Source of the DNA: a virus
IMG/VR virus record: IMGVR_UViG_3300045988_023742
Coordinates: 37,448-101,447 of that record
Strand: one strand, 5' to 3'
Length of the DNA stretch: 64,000 nt
The notes under the pieces were generated by a model, which ran no database searches, was not told the origin of the DNA, and saw only the letters and a program-made list of their open reading frames with translations. Both the position numbers and the translations under genes were made by a program. Of this stretch, positions 19,956 to 30,338 are shown in pieces. Position 1 is the stretch's first letter. Each line of letters starts with the position of its first letter.

Positions 19956-20914
19956 AGTTCCCTACATACAATACACTCCTTGGCAATCTCAAGAAGCTTA
20001 TCCTGTATGCTTTCAACTGTAATTCCAGGTATCTCAGGAATGTTAATCTTATAAGTAGAATCTTCCTTTGTTCCCATAGTACCTTCATAGATTACCTTAG
20101 TAACATAACTACAGTCAAAACCATCTTCTACATCCAATGGAATAACATTTGATGTTTCATCATAATGTATAATATCCATAGGAAGATAAGCACAAGTTCT
20201 AAGCTTTCCATAATTATCATAAGGAGGAACAGCAACTACATCAGCAGGATTAATAAGACAAGCTAATCCAGTATCACCATAGTAATTCTTCTTCAGCCAT
20301 CCTCTACCTCCAATATGAAGTCCTGTACTACAAGTATTCTCTTGTACAGTATCACACTTATCTCTGTCCATAGTAACCATCTCACCAATTCTAATCTTGA
20401 AAGTGTGAGAATGATGGTCAGTAAATACATTTTCCTCCTCTGTTTTATCTACATTTCTGTAGCCAACAAAGAAACCACACCTTGAGATAGTCATACCATA
20501 CTTCTGCAAGAACCAAAATAGATTCTTTCTACATCTTTCATCGGGATTAAGTGACATAAGAGTCCAGAAGTTTCTATAAGTAGAAATCTTCAACTCATTA
20601 TGCTCTTCCTCAGCCTTTATAATAGCTTTTGCAAGCTCTTCAGGCACAGAAAGACAAGACACTTCTTCCCAATAAACAACATCACCTCTCATACTGAGGA
20701 GTTTAGACTTTTGTATCTTCTCAATTAGAGTCAAAGCATTATTATGTGACTCTATGCTCTTTTGATATTCTGGGCATAGAAGCTTTAATACTTCTTCATC
20801 TGTTTGAGCTTCAACAACCTTCTTGAACTCATCTTCAGTAACTTCTTTCTCTAAGACTTCTCCATTTTCAAGAAAGACAGTGACTTTGTTGTCAATTTTA
20901 ATTACTTTCTGCAT
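19952..20914 (-). CDS. hypothetical protein
   Basis: 320-aa ORF, translationally coupled on both sides. Confidence 0.5.
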   Translation of the reverse strand: MQKVIKIDNKVTVFLENGEVLEKEVTEDEFKKVVEAQTDEEVLKLLCPEYQKSIESHNNALTLIEKIQKSKLLSMRGDVVYWEEVSCLSVPEELAKAIIKAEEEHNELKISTYRNFWTLMSLNPDERCRKNLFWFLQKYGMTISRCGFFVGYRNVDKTEEENVFTDHHSHTFKIRIGEMVTMDRDKCDTVQENTCSTGLHIGGRGWLKKNYYGDTGLACLINPADVVAVPPYDNYGKLRTCAYLPMDIIHYDETSNVIPLDVEDGFDCSYVTKVIYEGTMGTKEDSTYKINIPEIPGITVESIQDKLLEIAKECIVCREL

Positions 20915-23085
20915 AATACTCTTAAAAGTTTGTTGTTCTTTACTTTGTTATATATTTTAGGGTTAACCCTATAAGCTTTACTTCTAACTATAACTGCTGC
21001 CATAAGTAAACCTTTCAATGGTTCCTCTCCATCAATCTTAAGTTCAACTTCCTTACTAAGATTATTGTATATCTCAATATGGTCCTTAAACTTTTCACAC
21101 ATTGATTTAACATAAGGGTCTATCTTTGTGCATTTACTTGCAACTTCCATGTAAGTCCTGTTTTCACTATACTTATAATAGAAGTTAATTATGTCTTTGA
21201 ATTTACTCTTTAATGGAGGAGGAACAGTGTTTAACATTTCAAAGCTACTATAATTAGTTGGCATACCTACATCCTTGAAAGACTCAATTATGGTATGAAG
21301 CTTAACTATAGTAGGGTCTTCCTTTAATACCCAGTCTTTATTAACCAAGAATGTTGGCTTAAGCTCATGAAAAGCATCTATTATCTCTTTTCTAGCTCTA
21401 ATAAATACAAATCCTCTAGCTTCTGCAATACTATACCAACTATCTGATTCCTTCATATCAGCAAGTATGACACCTTTCTTCAGGCTCTTTATATACTTTA
21501 TACAGCAATCAATGTCCTTAAAGTATCTTCTTTCTCTATACTCAGGACTTTTCTGAATGTACAATATAAAGTCTTTAATCTTAACTACAGGTATCTTATT
21601 GGACTTTAATTCTTCTTTATAAGCTAAAAACTCAGTATTTGTATCTAAGTTTATAATTTTTACTTTAGACATAATGTAATCATACATATAGCCTATAAGT
21701 ATATCCTTAGATGGATAAAACTTCAAGTTTATGATATTAGCTTCTATATAACTTGTAAACTGAGTCTTATCAAAGCTTGTAATTATAGTATATTCGTCAT
21801 AGTTCTCTTGTAGCCAAGACTTAGCTGCTGCTGTTAATCTAGGACTATCAATTAAAATAATTGAAGCTTCTCCCATCTTTGTTCTATCTTGTGCATTAAA
21901 TGGAATCTTGTTTTGATAGAATCTATCATTATAGAATAGTCCCTTAAAGTTAGGGAGTTCCATACCAAAGAAAGAACTAAGAAAGTTCTTACAATCTCTG
22001 AGAATTGTAGAACCCTTGAATGTTAGAGTACTAGAATCAACAATAGAGCAATAGCCTTTTACTCCATAATAAGAATATACTCTGATAGGATAATAGGAAT
22101 CATCCAAGGGATTATAACATATCTTGTTTGATGTTACTTTATAGTATTCATAAAGATTGTCATAGTCTTTACTGAATTTATTGCTTATCATAGCATCCAG
22201 TTCATTCCTAGCTGCTTTGATTCTGTCTTCTATTTTGCTTATTGTATCACTTGAATAAATAATACTTTCTCTATTAGGAGTAATACTTATTTCTCCAACA
22301 TTAAACTTGATTACAATTCCTGAAGATTCTATATTATTCAAGAAATCCTTTGATGCAACAGACAAGAGTCTAGTATTACAAGGATAGAGTATATTACCTA
22401 AAAGAATCTTAGTGTCTATAGACTCTGAAGCTACAGCGAAGTTATTGAATCTTTTAAGTTTAGTGTTATTTACTTTATTATCAATACCATCAACATAAAC
22501 ATTAGGAAAGAAAACTATATACTTTAAAGCTTTCTTATATGGGTCTATATTAGATATGTTCTTGATAGTTACTTCAACACCATTCTTTTCTTCTGTTGGC
22601 TTCTCCATTACTAAGTTAGTGGTAATTGTATTTCCACTCTTAACCATAACATAGAGAAATGCTGTACCTTCATAGTAAGAAGTTATATATACTGTATTAG
22701 TACAAGCTAAACTTGAGTACTTTCCAATACCAAAACCTCCAATGAACTCATTACTTTCTCTCTTAGTACTACTTCCAATATTGCAATAGACTTCTTGGAA
22801 TCTCTCTGGGCTAAGACCTGTACCAAAATCTCTAATAGTTACTTCCCAACCATTATTACCTTTCTTAAATCTGACAATAACAGGGGTATCTGTTGTTCCT
22901 GCTTCTACATGACTATCCCAAGCATTACTAACAATCTCTCTAATGAATGATTGCTCTGGGTCAGAATATAAGTTAGATGATAACAATGTGGTAATAAACT
23001 CAAGATTCTTTGGGTCTATTGAGGTCTTAAATTCTCGGATGTCTCCTAAAACTTTTATATTACCTTTATCTGCATTTATTATCAT
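20902..23085 (-). CDS. GHKL-superfamily ATPase (Hsp90/MutL/rIIA-like N-domain)
   Basis: N-box EIVSNAWDS, G1 box RDFGTGL, G2 box GGFGIGKYS. Confidence 0.55.
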   Translation of the reverse strand: MIINADKGNIKVLGDIREFKTSIDPKNLEFITTLLSSNLYSDPEQSFIREIVSNAWDSHVEAGTTDTPVIVRFKKGNNGWEVTIRDFGTGLSPERFQEVYCNIGSSTKRESNEFIGGFGIGKYSSLACTNTVYITSYYEGTAFLYVMVKSGNTITTNLVMEKPTEEKNGVEVTIKNISNIDPYKKALKYIVFFPNVYVDGIDNKVNNTKLKRFNNFAVASESIDTKILLGNILYPCNTRLLSVASKDFLNNIESSGIVIKFNVGEISITPNRESIIYSSDTISKIEDRIKAARNELDAMISNKFSKDYDNLYEYYKVTSNKICYNPLDDSYYPIRVYSYYGVKGYCSIVDSSTLTFKGSTILRDCKNFLSSFFGMELPNFKGLFYNDRFYQNKIPFNAQDRTKMGEASIILIDSPRLTAAAKSWLQENYDEYTIITSFDKTQFTSYIEANIINLKFYPSKDILIGYMYDYIMSKVKIINLDTNTEFLAYKEELKSNKIPVVKIKDFILYIQKSPEYRERRYFKDIDCCIKYIKSLKKGVILADMKESDSWYSIAEARGFVFIRARKEIIDAFHELKPTFLVNKDWVLKEDPTIVKLHTIIESFKDVGMPTNYSSFEMLNTVPPPLKSKFKDIINFYYKYSENRTYMEVASKCTKIDPYVKSMCEKFKDHIEIYNNLSKEVELKIDGEEPLKGLLMAAVIVRSKAYRVNPKIYNKVKNNKLLRVLCRK

Positions 23086-23096
23086 ATCTTAGTGAA

Positions 23097-23132
23097 ATAA
23101 AAAAGGTGAGTAGGACTTAAATCCCACTCACC
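23097..23132 (-). terminator. rho-independent terminator
   Basis: GGTGAGTGGG/CCTACTCACC stem (1 mismatch) followed by TTTTTTA on the minus strand. Confidence 0.6.
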
Positions 23133-23142
23133 TAGTACTTTG

Positions 23143-23400
23143 TTAAGAGTTGATATATGCAACTTCTGAGCCAAGAAGAATGTGTTTCTTCTTCAAGACT
23201 TCAATGAGCTTATCACACTTACAGCCTTTACCACAACCACCCTTTACTCCTCCTGTAGTTGAAGACTTATCTGTATACTTTGCAATAATAGCTTCAAGCT
23301 CTGTGTTGCCTACTCTAGTATAGTTATCACCATACTTCTTTTTAATCTCCTCTTGAAGGTTAAGCTCCTTAACCTTTGCATAAAGTTCTTTTCTACTCAT
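23143..23400 (-). CDS. hypothetical protein (Cys-rich centre)
   Basis: 85-aa ORF containing GGCGKGCKCD. Followed by a terminator hairpin. Confidence 0.45.
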   Translation of the reverse strand: MSRKELYAKVKELNLQEEIKKKYGDNYTRVGNTELEAIIAKYTDKSSTTGGVKGGCGKGCKCDKLIEVLKKKHILLGSEVAYINS

Positions 23401-24380
23401 TTGAATAAACTTAAAATTGTTTGTTTGAACTGTTCCTTATTACCTAGAACCTTATATAGGTCACTGATGTCCTTACCACCTTTGAATTGAGGAATTACTA
23501 CATTAATGAAACCTGTTTTATTGGCTAAATGAACTCCATCCTTTAAGCCAGCTTTATCATTATCAAGACAGATGTAGATTTTGTTAAATCTTCTTTTTAG
23601 TTCATTAATAGCAGTATCACTCATTCCATAGCCCTCACCTTGAATAGATAATGATGGAATACCTGTATTAGCCCATAGACATAAAGCATCTTTCAAGGAG
23701 GAACATATACATATTTTATCTCCTTCCTTAGGTACTTTTGTCCATAGACTAATAACAGACCTATCATGTCTATTTGACCATTTGAAACCATTCTTATTAA
23801 ATGGTTGATATATTTTCAATGTAGTTCTTCCTTCCTTAAACTCTACATAAGCATAAGCATATTTGTCAGCTCCAAAAGCATAGCTCTTGTTGTCCTTGAT
23901 AACTATCTTATGTGATATAGGATATACATCTGCATATTTCAACCATTTTAATGATATTCCATAAGAACCCCAGTACTCTAAGTCATAATCTCGCCATTCT
24001 CTTACCTTACATTGTAGGTCAATCTGAGTATTTATCTTACAATGTCTTGTCTCAAAACTACCAACACCAACCTTAGTACCATAGGACTTATCACCTAAAT
24101 CATTGTATACTCTAGCAGCTGCTTCAGCAACACTACAATTCCACATTTTAGTTAATAAAGTCCATATAGTACCTGACTCTCCAGTACTGAAATCTCTATA
24201 ATTAACTTCAGTACCTTTAGGACAGTATAAAGCAAAAGAAGGCTTAGTATCTTGCCTTAGTGGACTATGTATTAAGCTAGGAATAGACTTAATATTTAGG
24301 TAGTAAGCAGCAATATCAGCTTGAGTTAAGTTACTCAAGTTTAAATAAGGTTCTTTTGATTTGCTGCCTTTACCTATCAT
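23397..24380 (-). CDS. DNA primase (Toprim domain)
   Basis: SIQGEGYG (Toprim Glu) and YICLDNDKAG (DxD) motifs. Confidence 0.6.
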   Translation of the reverse strand: MIGKGSKSKEPYLNLSNLTQADIAAYYLNIKSIPSLIHSPLRQDTKPSFALYCPKGTEVNYRDFSTGESGTIWTLLTKMWNCSVAEAAARVYNDLGDKSYGTKVGVGSFETRHCKINTQIDLQCKVREWRDYDLEYWGSYGISLKWLKYADVYPISHKIVIKDNKSYAFGADKYAYAYVEFKEGRTTLKIYQPFNKNGFKWSNRHDRSVISLWTKVPKEGDKICICSSLKDALCLWANTGIPSLSIQGEGYGMSDTAINELKRRFNKIYICLDNDKAGLKDGVHLANKTGFINVVIPQFKGGKDISDLYKVLGNKEQFKQTILSLFK

Positions 24381-24386
24381 AGTTTA

Positions 24387-25334
24387 CTATGCAAATGGGT
24401 CAGTTGCATCCTCTGAAGGACCATCAAATGGCATATCACCTGATGGTGCAGCCTCAGGAGCAGCAGAGAAGTTAGTAGGAGTTACAGAATACTCATGAAC
24501 TGTCTCAGCAGAATACTCTGTATTAAGTACCTTATTGTTCTCAGCAGCATAAGATGCATCTGCCTGCAACATCTTGTCAAGGCTGTTATAGTTTGTAGAG
24601 GCATTGCTCATAAACTTCTTAGTATATACAGACTGGAACAACTTACCAGAGTTTGCATCTGTTCTTACACCAAGACAAACCTTTACCTTATTATTAGGCT
24701 GGAATCCAAGAATCTCCTTAATCTCTGAGAAATCACCCTTGAAGAGCTTCTCAAATGATTCTATTTCAAGCCTACACTCACAATCCTCAGGATTAACATC
24801 ATTGTCAGGAACCATGCACTTTTCATCATTGTCCCACTTTGTAATATTAGGAATACACAGGAATGCTTTGATGAAAGCAGTGAGGTCTTCCTCACCAACA
24901 AAGGCAATTCTATAATCATTGCTAATGTCAGCCTTCTTACCATTGCTGTATGTAGGAATCTCCTTGGCAGAAATCTCTGCTCCTGTTGCCCAAGCAAATC
25001 TACCATACTTATCTACCACCTGATACTTACCAGACTTAGCACCAAACTGCTTCTGATTGGTAACAAAGAGAGGCATAGTTACAAGAGGCATCTCAAAGCC
25101 AATCTTCTTCACATCAGGCTGCATTACTATACTGATTCTTACATTCTTATAGGAGTTGCCCTCAGCATCCTCTTTATCCTGTACATAAATAGGAGCTTCC
25201 TCCAAGGTAGTGTTAAAGAGCTTCTCATGCTCTGTCTTGTTAGGATTTACTGCCTTAACAAACACTGGACAAACACCAATGTATCTCTTAAACTCCTGAG
25301 CCTCCTTTGAGGCATTTCCTTTACTAATTGCCAT
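24387..25334 (-). CDS. single-stranded DNA-binding protein (putative)
   Basis: Position between primase and recombination ATPase. Acidic C-terminal tail ...DMPFDGPSEDATDPFA is like SSB tails. Confidence 0.4.
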   Translation of the reverse strand: MAISKGNASKEAQEFKRYIGVCPVFVKAVNPNKTEHEKLFNTTLEEAPIYVQDKEDAEGNSYKNVRISIVMQPDVKKIGFEMPLVTMPLFVTNQKQFGAKSGKYQVVDKYGRFAWATGAEISAKEIPTYSNGKKADISNDYRIAFVGEEDLTAFIKAFLCIPNITKWDNDEKCMVPDNDVNPEDCECRLEIESFEKLFKGDFSEIKEILGFQPNNKVKVCLGVRTDANSGKLFQSVYTKKFMSNASTNYNSLDKMLQADASYAAENNKVLNTEYSAETVHEYSVTPTNFSAAPEAAPSGDMPFDGPSEDATDPFA

Positions 25335-25362
25335 AATTTATATTCTATTTAGTTGTTTATTA

Positions 25363-25761
25363 TTAGAGTGTTTCTGCTACTTCTGTTGCCTTCTCACTTG
25401 TCTCCTCATCATTTGCTATAGTCTCCTCAGTGTCAACAGGAGCTTCTTCCTCAGTTACAGGAGGAACAATAGTGTCAGGATAAATAAACTCAAATGTGAC
25501 CTTCTTGATGATGTTACCATTCTTATCTACCTGGTCAGTAGGAGTCACTACTTTCTTGATAATGTCCTCTGTATGATAACCAGTCATAGCTACAGTAGGA
25601 GCATCAGTAAGTTCAATCTGCTGATTAATAACTGCTAATTCCTCCTCAATCTTAGCCTTTTTCTCTTCCAACTTGTTCTTCTGCTTGAGAAAACCCTCAA
25701 CATTCTGAGCTGTTCTCTTCATTCTTGCCAGCTCAAACTTTGTAAATTCTTTCTTTGCCAT
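25363..25761 (-). CDS. hypothetical protein (coiled-coil, acidic C-terminus)
   Basis: 132-aa ORF. Confidence 0.45.
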   Translation of the reverse strand: MAKKEFTKFELARMKRTAQNVEGFLKQKNKLEEKKAKIEEELAVINQQIELTDAPTVAMTGYHTEDIIKKVVTPTDQVDKNGNIIKKVTFEFIYPDTIVPPVTEEEAPVDTEETIANDEETSEKATEVAETL

Positions 25762-25773
25762 TGTTTATAATGA

Positions 25774-26580
25774 TTAATTATTAATAAATACTTTTGAAGC
25801 ATCAAACTTTACTTCATTATTCTCATTAGATTCTGCTACTAAAATCTTTTTACCTCTAAGATGTGGACATCTAGCCTCTCTTATTGTATTATCTCCTCCT
25901 TCAAAAGATATATAGGTCTTATTTCCATCTCTATAGATTAATCCTATTGCATCTGCTTCTCCACAGATAATGTCTGCTGCTTTACCAGCTAAATCCACTG
26001 ACATTTCAGACATTTCTTGAGAATCTTTTCTAATCTGTTTATCTTTTACATGAGTAACTAGGATTAAAGTCTCACAGAGTGGTTTAAACATATCTATCAT
26101 TTGTCTGATAGCTTTCCTTAAGTAGAGATAACCACTACCATTAGGTAGAAGCCTAACATCAGCTTTAGGGTCTATTACAGGTTGACCTGTCTTAGGGTCT
26201 TTATAAAGCATACCTTTATTATCCTTTAGATAACCCCAACCAGCTCCCATAGGAGTATTTCTATAAAGCTCTGCTGCATAGGGAATACTCATTTCTTCAA
26301 GTCTAGTAGCATTATCAATAGTTATGAACCTATAAGGAGCTTTGTGTAGTTCTTTACCTTTAGCTATAATAGCAGATTTAATTTCCTGCAAGTCTTTCAT
26401 TGACCTAGCTTGTACTTTCATTACAGACAATGCTCTATATCCATCCTCTAAGTCAATAATAAGATTATCATCAATAGCTGCTATAAATGAGCTTTTTCCT
26501 TGTTTTGGTCTACCCATTATAATGAGTAGTTTAGGATTGTAGTTATCTACTACACTCCTTTCTGTTGGTAATTGAATCAT
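25774..26580 (-). CDS. RecA-fold ATPase (AAA_24/Sak4-like)
   Basis: Walker A GRPKQGKS and a hydrophobic-D Walker B (LIIDLED). Confidence 0.55.
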   Translation of the reverse strand: MIQLPTERSVVDNYNPKLLIIMGRPKQGKSSFIAAIDDNLIIDLEDGYRALSVMKVQARSMKDLQEIKSAIIAKGKELHKAPYRFITIDNATRLEEMSIPYAAELYRNTPMGAGWGYLKDNKGMLYKDPKTGQPVIDPKADVRLLPNGSGYLYLRKAIRQMIDMFKPLCETLILVTHVKDKQIRKDSQEMSEMSVDLAGKAADIICGEADAIGLIYRDGNKTYISFEGGDNTIREARCPHLRGKKILVAESNENNEVKFDASKVFINN

Positions 26581-27772
26581 TGTGTATAAATTTATTTATT
26601 CTTGTGAACATAAAAGCTAACAATGTCACCTTAGACATCTTTGCCTTCTTCTTTCTTTCTAGTACTTCATATACCCTCTGCATACCTGCATAATCATCTG
26701 GCTTAGGCAGCTCTTTGAAGAAAGAAACTGCACCATCAAAGTATAGAGGACATATGTTGCCATTAGCTCCATAGTCTCTATCTTCAATGACTTCCATAAA
26801 CCTAATATGATTTCTAAACTTGGTAATATCATACTTCTCATACTCAGTAAGACCATATTTGAAAGGACTATAGAGTCCTATTACCATATTAGCATCTCTA
26901 GTGGTAGTCTTACAATCTGCAAGACCATCAGAAGACGGTTTAATCCTATTGAGTTTGAAGTTTTCAATACCTTCTTGAGCTTGAGCTTGATGCTGAATAC
27001 ATACAATAGTGAAGTTAAGCTGGTCTCTAAGAGTAATAAAGTACTTTGACATCTTTTCTACAGTCTCCATTTTCTTCATTCCACTCTCAGTAGACAAGTT
27101 AGAAGTATTATCAAGTATTGCTATTCTATATTCTTCAGAATCATCAGCAGTATAGGGATTAACTGGGTCTACAATCTTCCTCTTAGATGTAGTACCATCA
27201 AGTTCCTTAACATCTACTTCTTTAAAGTTAAGATGACCATGACTCAAAGCATAGTCTCTACACTTTTTATTGATACCTGTAGGATTCTTCTCACTATCAA
27301 TATATTCTACCATCTCTTCAAACTTCTTGATATATCTTTGATACCTTTCAGAATCAAGCTTATCAAGTATTTCTTGAGGTACAGGATGGTCTTTGTCTGT
27401 ACTTTCCAGTTCTGTTGGGGATATTTCTATCCTATCTAATCTATAAAGTAAATGACATAGAAACTCAGTATACTTCTTTCTTGGACTCTCCTCAAGACAG
27501 AAATAAAGTATCTTTACTCTTACTTCAGGATGCTCTATTATAAAGAATAAAGTTTCATAGACATAAACAAAATCACAGAACTTAGTCTTTCCTACCTTTT
27601 GATTGGCAGTGCATATTATATACTTTCCCATTTGAGTTCCAGGTAAGAATACTTTAAACCTAGGAAATGGAAATGGTATACAATTATATAAGCCACTTAA
27701 AGCTCTTTGCCTTTTGTTCAATAGGAAGGACTTAACACTATCATAGTAACTCATACCATTGTAGACATCCAA
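26543..27772 (-). CDS. DnaB-like replicative helicase
   Basis: Walker A ANQKVGKT, Walker B IAILDNTSN. Size and context fit. Confidence 0.55.
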   Translation of the reverse strand: MDVYNGMSYYDSVKSFLLNKRQRALSGLYNCIPFPFPRFKVFLPGTQMGKYIICTANQKVGKTKFCDFVYVYETLFFIIEHPEVRVKILYFCLEESPRKKYTEFLCHLLYRLDRIEISPTELESTDKDHPVPQEILDKLDSERYQRYIKKFEEMVEYIDSEKNPTGINKKCRDYALSHGHLNFKEVDVKELDGTTSKRKIVDPVNPYTADDSEEYRIAILDNTSNLSTESGMKKMETVEKMSKYFITLRDQLNFTIVCIQHQAQAQEGIENFKLNRIKPSSDGLADCKTTTRDANMVIGLYSPFKYGLTEYEKYDITKFRNHIRFMEVIEDRDYGANGNICPLYFDGAVSFFKELPKPDDYAGMQRVYEVLERKKKAKMSKVTLLAFMFTRINKFIHNDSITNRKECSR

Positions 27773-28356
27773 TCATCCTTTAAATTCTTCTCATCCTTAG
27801 CATTTTCAATAAATGCAGCAAGGTCTGAGACTTCTTCAATGTAACCTTCTCCCTCAGAATTAACTTTCCTTGTATCTTTCCAAATAAAGTACTTCAACAC
27901 TCTCATGTACTGATACTTTCCATTATGAGAACTAACATAATTTTTAGCAGCTTCAATCATCTGCTCATCAGTATATTTATCCCCATAAAGTTTAAAGAAT
28001 TTAGCCAATCTAAGGGTATTATCTCGTAAATTACCTTTCCAATATTGACTTGTACCTTCCTTCTTTCCAGCAGGAAAAACTTCCATTAGAGATTTTGCAA
28101 GGTTCTCAAGTCTTTTATTATCAGGTACTGATTTATCAGCAGATAGGAGTGCCTTATCAGAAAGGTCACTCCATCTCTGGGTTACTAGAAGATTTGTTCC
28201 TAAAAGAGTGTGCTCTTCAACAAGTATCTGCTTCTCTTTCATTTGCTTTAACAGAGTCTCTATGTTTACTCCAGTTTTAACCAAAGTAATCATTAAGACT
28301 TCTGGAAGAGAAAGTTTTACCTTTTTACAAGCATCCTCATCTATAGTTATCTTCAT
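27751..28356 (-). CDS. hypothetical protein
   Basis: 201-aa ORF coupled to both helicase genes. Confidence 0.45.
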   Translation of the reverse strand: MKITIDEDACKKVKLSLPEVLMITLVKTGVNIETLLKQMKEKQILVEEHTLLGTNLLVTQRWSDLSDKALLSADKSVPDNKRLENLAKSLMEVFPAGKKEGTSQYWKGNLRDNTLRLAKFFKLYGDKYTDEQMIEAAKNYVSSHNGKYQYMRVLKYFIWKDTRKVNSEGEGYIEEVSDLAAFIENAKDEKNLKDDWMSTMV

Positions 28357-29528
28357 ATCTTAATCTCTTTGTAATCATTAATTACAGTAACAAGCTTAGG
28401 ATTATAATTCTCAAGCATCTTATTAGCCAACTCTTCATCTCTTGTACCTACAAAATAAGGAACAATAAGAACAGGGTTCTCATGCCTAAGTAATCTACCC
28501 ATCCTTTGCTTCACAATAGTGTCAGAGCTATTCAAGTTAGCATAAATACCAACTTGACAATTTACAAGATTCATTCCTTCGTTGAGCATATTACAAGCAG
28601 TAATATGGTCTATCTTACCTTTATTAAAGGCTTCAAGATATTCCACAGACTTCTTATTCTTGCTGTTAATACAGTATTCTCCAAGCATCTCTGTCTGCTC
28701 AATACTGTTACAGAATATTAATGTTCTATGCTCACTAAGGTGTAACAAGATTTGTTGTACATAAGGAGTCTTCTTATCACTTAACCACTTCAATCTGTCA
28801 CCACATAATCTAAGCCATTTGTTCTTAGCTATTTCACTTCTTGACCTTAAATACCTTTTCTTCCAGTACTCAATCTGATTATCCAAGTCAGTAATATATT
28901 GCTTCTGAGTACAATAAATCTTAACTGGATTAGTCTTTTGTTTCATATAGCCCCACCTCATAGCCCAAGAAGATTCTATTAATCTTCCTTTGGCTTTAGG
29001 ATTCTTCCAAATAACTTCTGTTGGTAAGTCAGCCCTAAGATTTAATGGTAACATATATACTATTGGGTCTGGTAGAATATCATCATCTATCACATCCCTC
29101 AAGTCTTTCTTATATGATGTTAAATCATCAAATACTTCAATTAGTTCATCCTTGAGTTTATTACTTACTGTTGCTGACAAAAGTACACTATGCTTAATGT
29201 CAAAGTAACATAAAGCTTCTCTGCATCTTTCTGATAAGTGATGACACTCGTCAAATATAGCACAATCATACTTTCCTGCATATTTAGGAAGAGAAACATA
29301 AGTAGTCATAGTAATCTCCATATTACAGTTTGACCACCACTTCTTAATTTCATCAGCCCAATTCTGCTTATGAACATTTCTATTCACTACAAGCAACAGA
29401 GTCTTACCTCCCAATGATTTAACTTTTTCTAGAGCTAATCTAGACTTTCCTGTACCAGTGGCTAATTCAAGTAGCCAATTATTTCCTTCAAGCGAAAGAA
29501 TCTCTTTCAGTATGTCCTCTCTTGTCAT
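28353..29528 (-). CDS. SF2 DEAD/DEAH-box helicase
   Basis: Motif I ATGTGKS, motif II FDECHH, motif III LSAT, motif VI QRMGRLLR. Confidence 0.8.
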   Translation of the reverse strand: MTREDILKEILSLEGNNWLLELATGTGKSRLALEKVKSLGGKTLLLVVNRNVHKQNWADEIKKWWSNCNMEITMTTYVSLPKYAGKYDCAIFDECHHLSERCREALCYFDIKHSVLLSATVSNKLKDELIEVFDDLTSYKKDLRDVIDDDILPDPIVYMLPLNLRADLPTEVIWKNPKAKGRLIESSWAMRWGYMKQKTNPVKIYCTQKQYITDLDNQIEYWKKRYLRSRSEIAKNKWLRLCGDRLKWLSDKKTPYVQQILLHLSEHRTLIFCNSIEQTEMLGEYCINSKNKKSVEYLEAFNKGKIDHITACNMLNEGMNLVNCQVGIYANLNSSDTIVKQRMGRLLRHENPVLIVPYFVGTRDEELANKMLENYNPKLVTVINDYKEIKI

Positions 29529-29533
29529 ATTTT

Positions 29534-30034
29534 CTATTTTTTTACAATTTCTTTTAATAATCTTGTATAACTCTTTCCTTCTGCATAGTTTATCTCTTCA
29601 AGAAAAGCATAGTAATTATTCGGAGGTTGATATTTCTTTTGAATCCACTCCTTATAAGCTACAACACTTTCAGTCCAATGCTTGAACTTACAATATCTCT
29701 TTTCTTTACTATTATAAAGACCAAAGAGATTATTGTATTTCAAACATACCTTAGACTTGAAATGTCCTGTTTCAAGAACAGCTTGAGCATAGACAATATC
29801 TTTATGCTCTAAACCATAATAAGACAAAGCCTCCTCCAGACCCTCCTTAGGGGTCTGAGAGAAGAACTTTGGTTGCTCATTAATAATGGTATCAGCTACC
29901 TCTATTACAGGGACAGTTTCAACCTTTGGCTGTTGAGAAACTATACTCTTAACTTGCAAGAGTAATGCAATTACTACACTCCACGGCACTACTGTAGCTG
30001 CTACAATGAGTGCTTTCAACCATTTATTTCTCAT
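29534..30034 (-). CDS. peptidoglycan hydrolase (GH73 glucosaminidase-like endolysin) with N-terminal TM/signal anchor
   Basis: YAQAVLETGHFKS...YNNLFGL matches the glucosaminidase domain signature. Confidence 0.65.
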   Translation of the reverse strand: MRNKWLKALIVAATVVPWSVVIALLLQVKSIVSQQPKVETVPVIEVADTIINEQPKFFSQTPKEGLEEALSYYGLEHKDIVYAQAVLETGHFKSKVCLKYNNLFGLYNSKEKRYCKFKHWTESVVAYKEWIQKKYQPPNNYYAFLEEINYAEGKSYTRLLKEIVKK

Positions 30035-30336
30035 ATCTTTCTTGAAAAGAATTTATCCTTGAATCTCCAATATGTGTACCAATCATTACTATACAATCCA
30101 TTAGGGTATGAGTAGTATTTTAACCATATAGCCCAAAATCCAATGACCTCTATTATATTAACAAATGGTATAATACAAGTAATCAGCATGATAAGTGCTA
30201 TCCACAATGGAATACCTATCTTTTCAGCTTTTTCCCAATCAAAGTGGAAGTCACCTTTTATTGTGATTGTATAAGTATGTTTTAGTACATATATCTGGAT
30301 TATGAAGGATATTAAACCAATTATAGCCCAAGTCAT
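30031..30336 (-). CDS. membrane protein (holin candidate)
   Basis: 101 aa with about three hydrophobic segments, adjacent to the endolysin. Confidence 0.4.
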   Translation of the reverse strand: MTWAIIGLISFIIQIYVLKHTYTITIKGDFHFDWEKAEKIGIPLWIALIMLITCIIPFVNIIEVIGFWAIWLKYYSYPNGLYSNDWYTYWRFKDKFFSRKI

Positions 30337-30338
30337 AG

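Noticed and set aside
24495-25006. ORFs 24495-24728 (+), 24604-24915 (+) and 24761-25006 (-).
   Set aside because: They are shadow frames within the 315-aa SSB-like gene.
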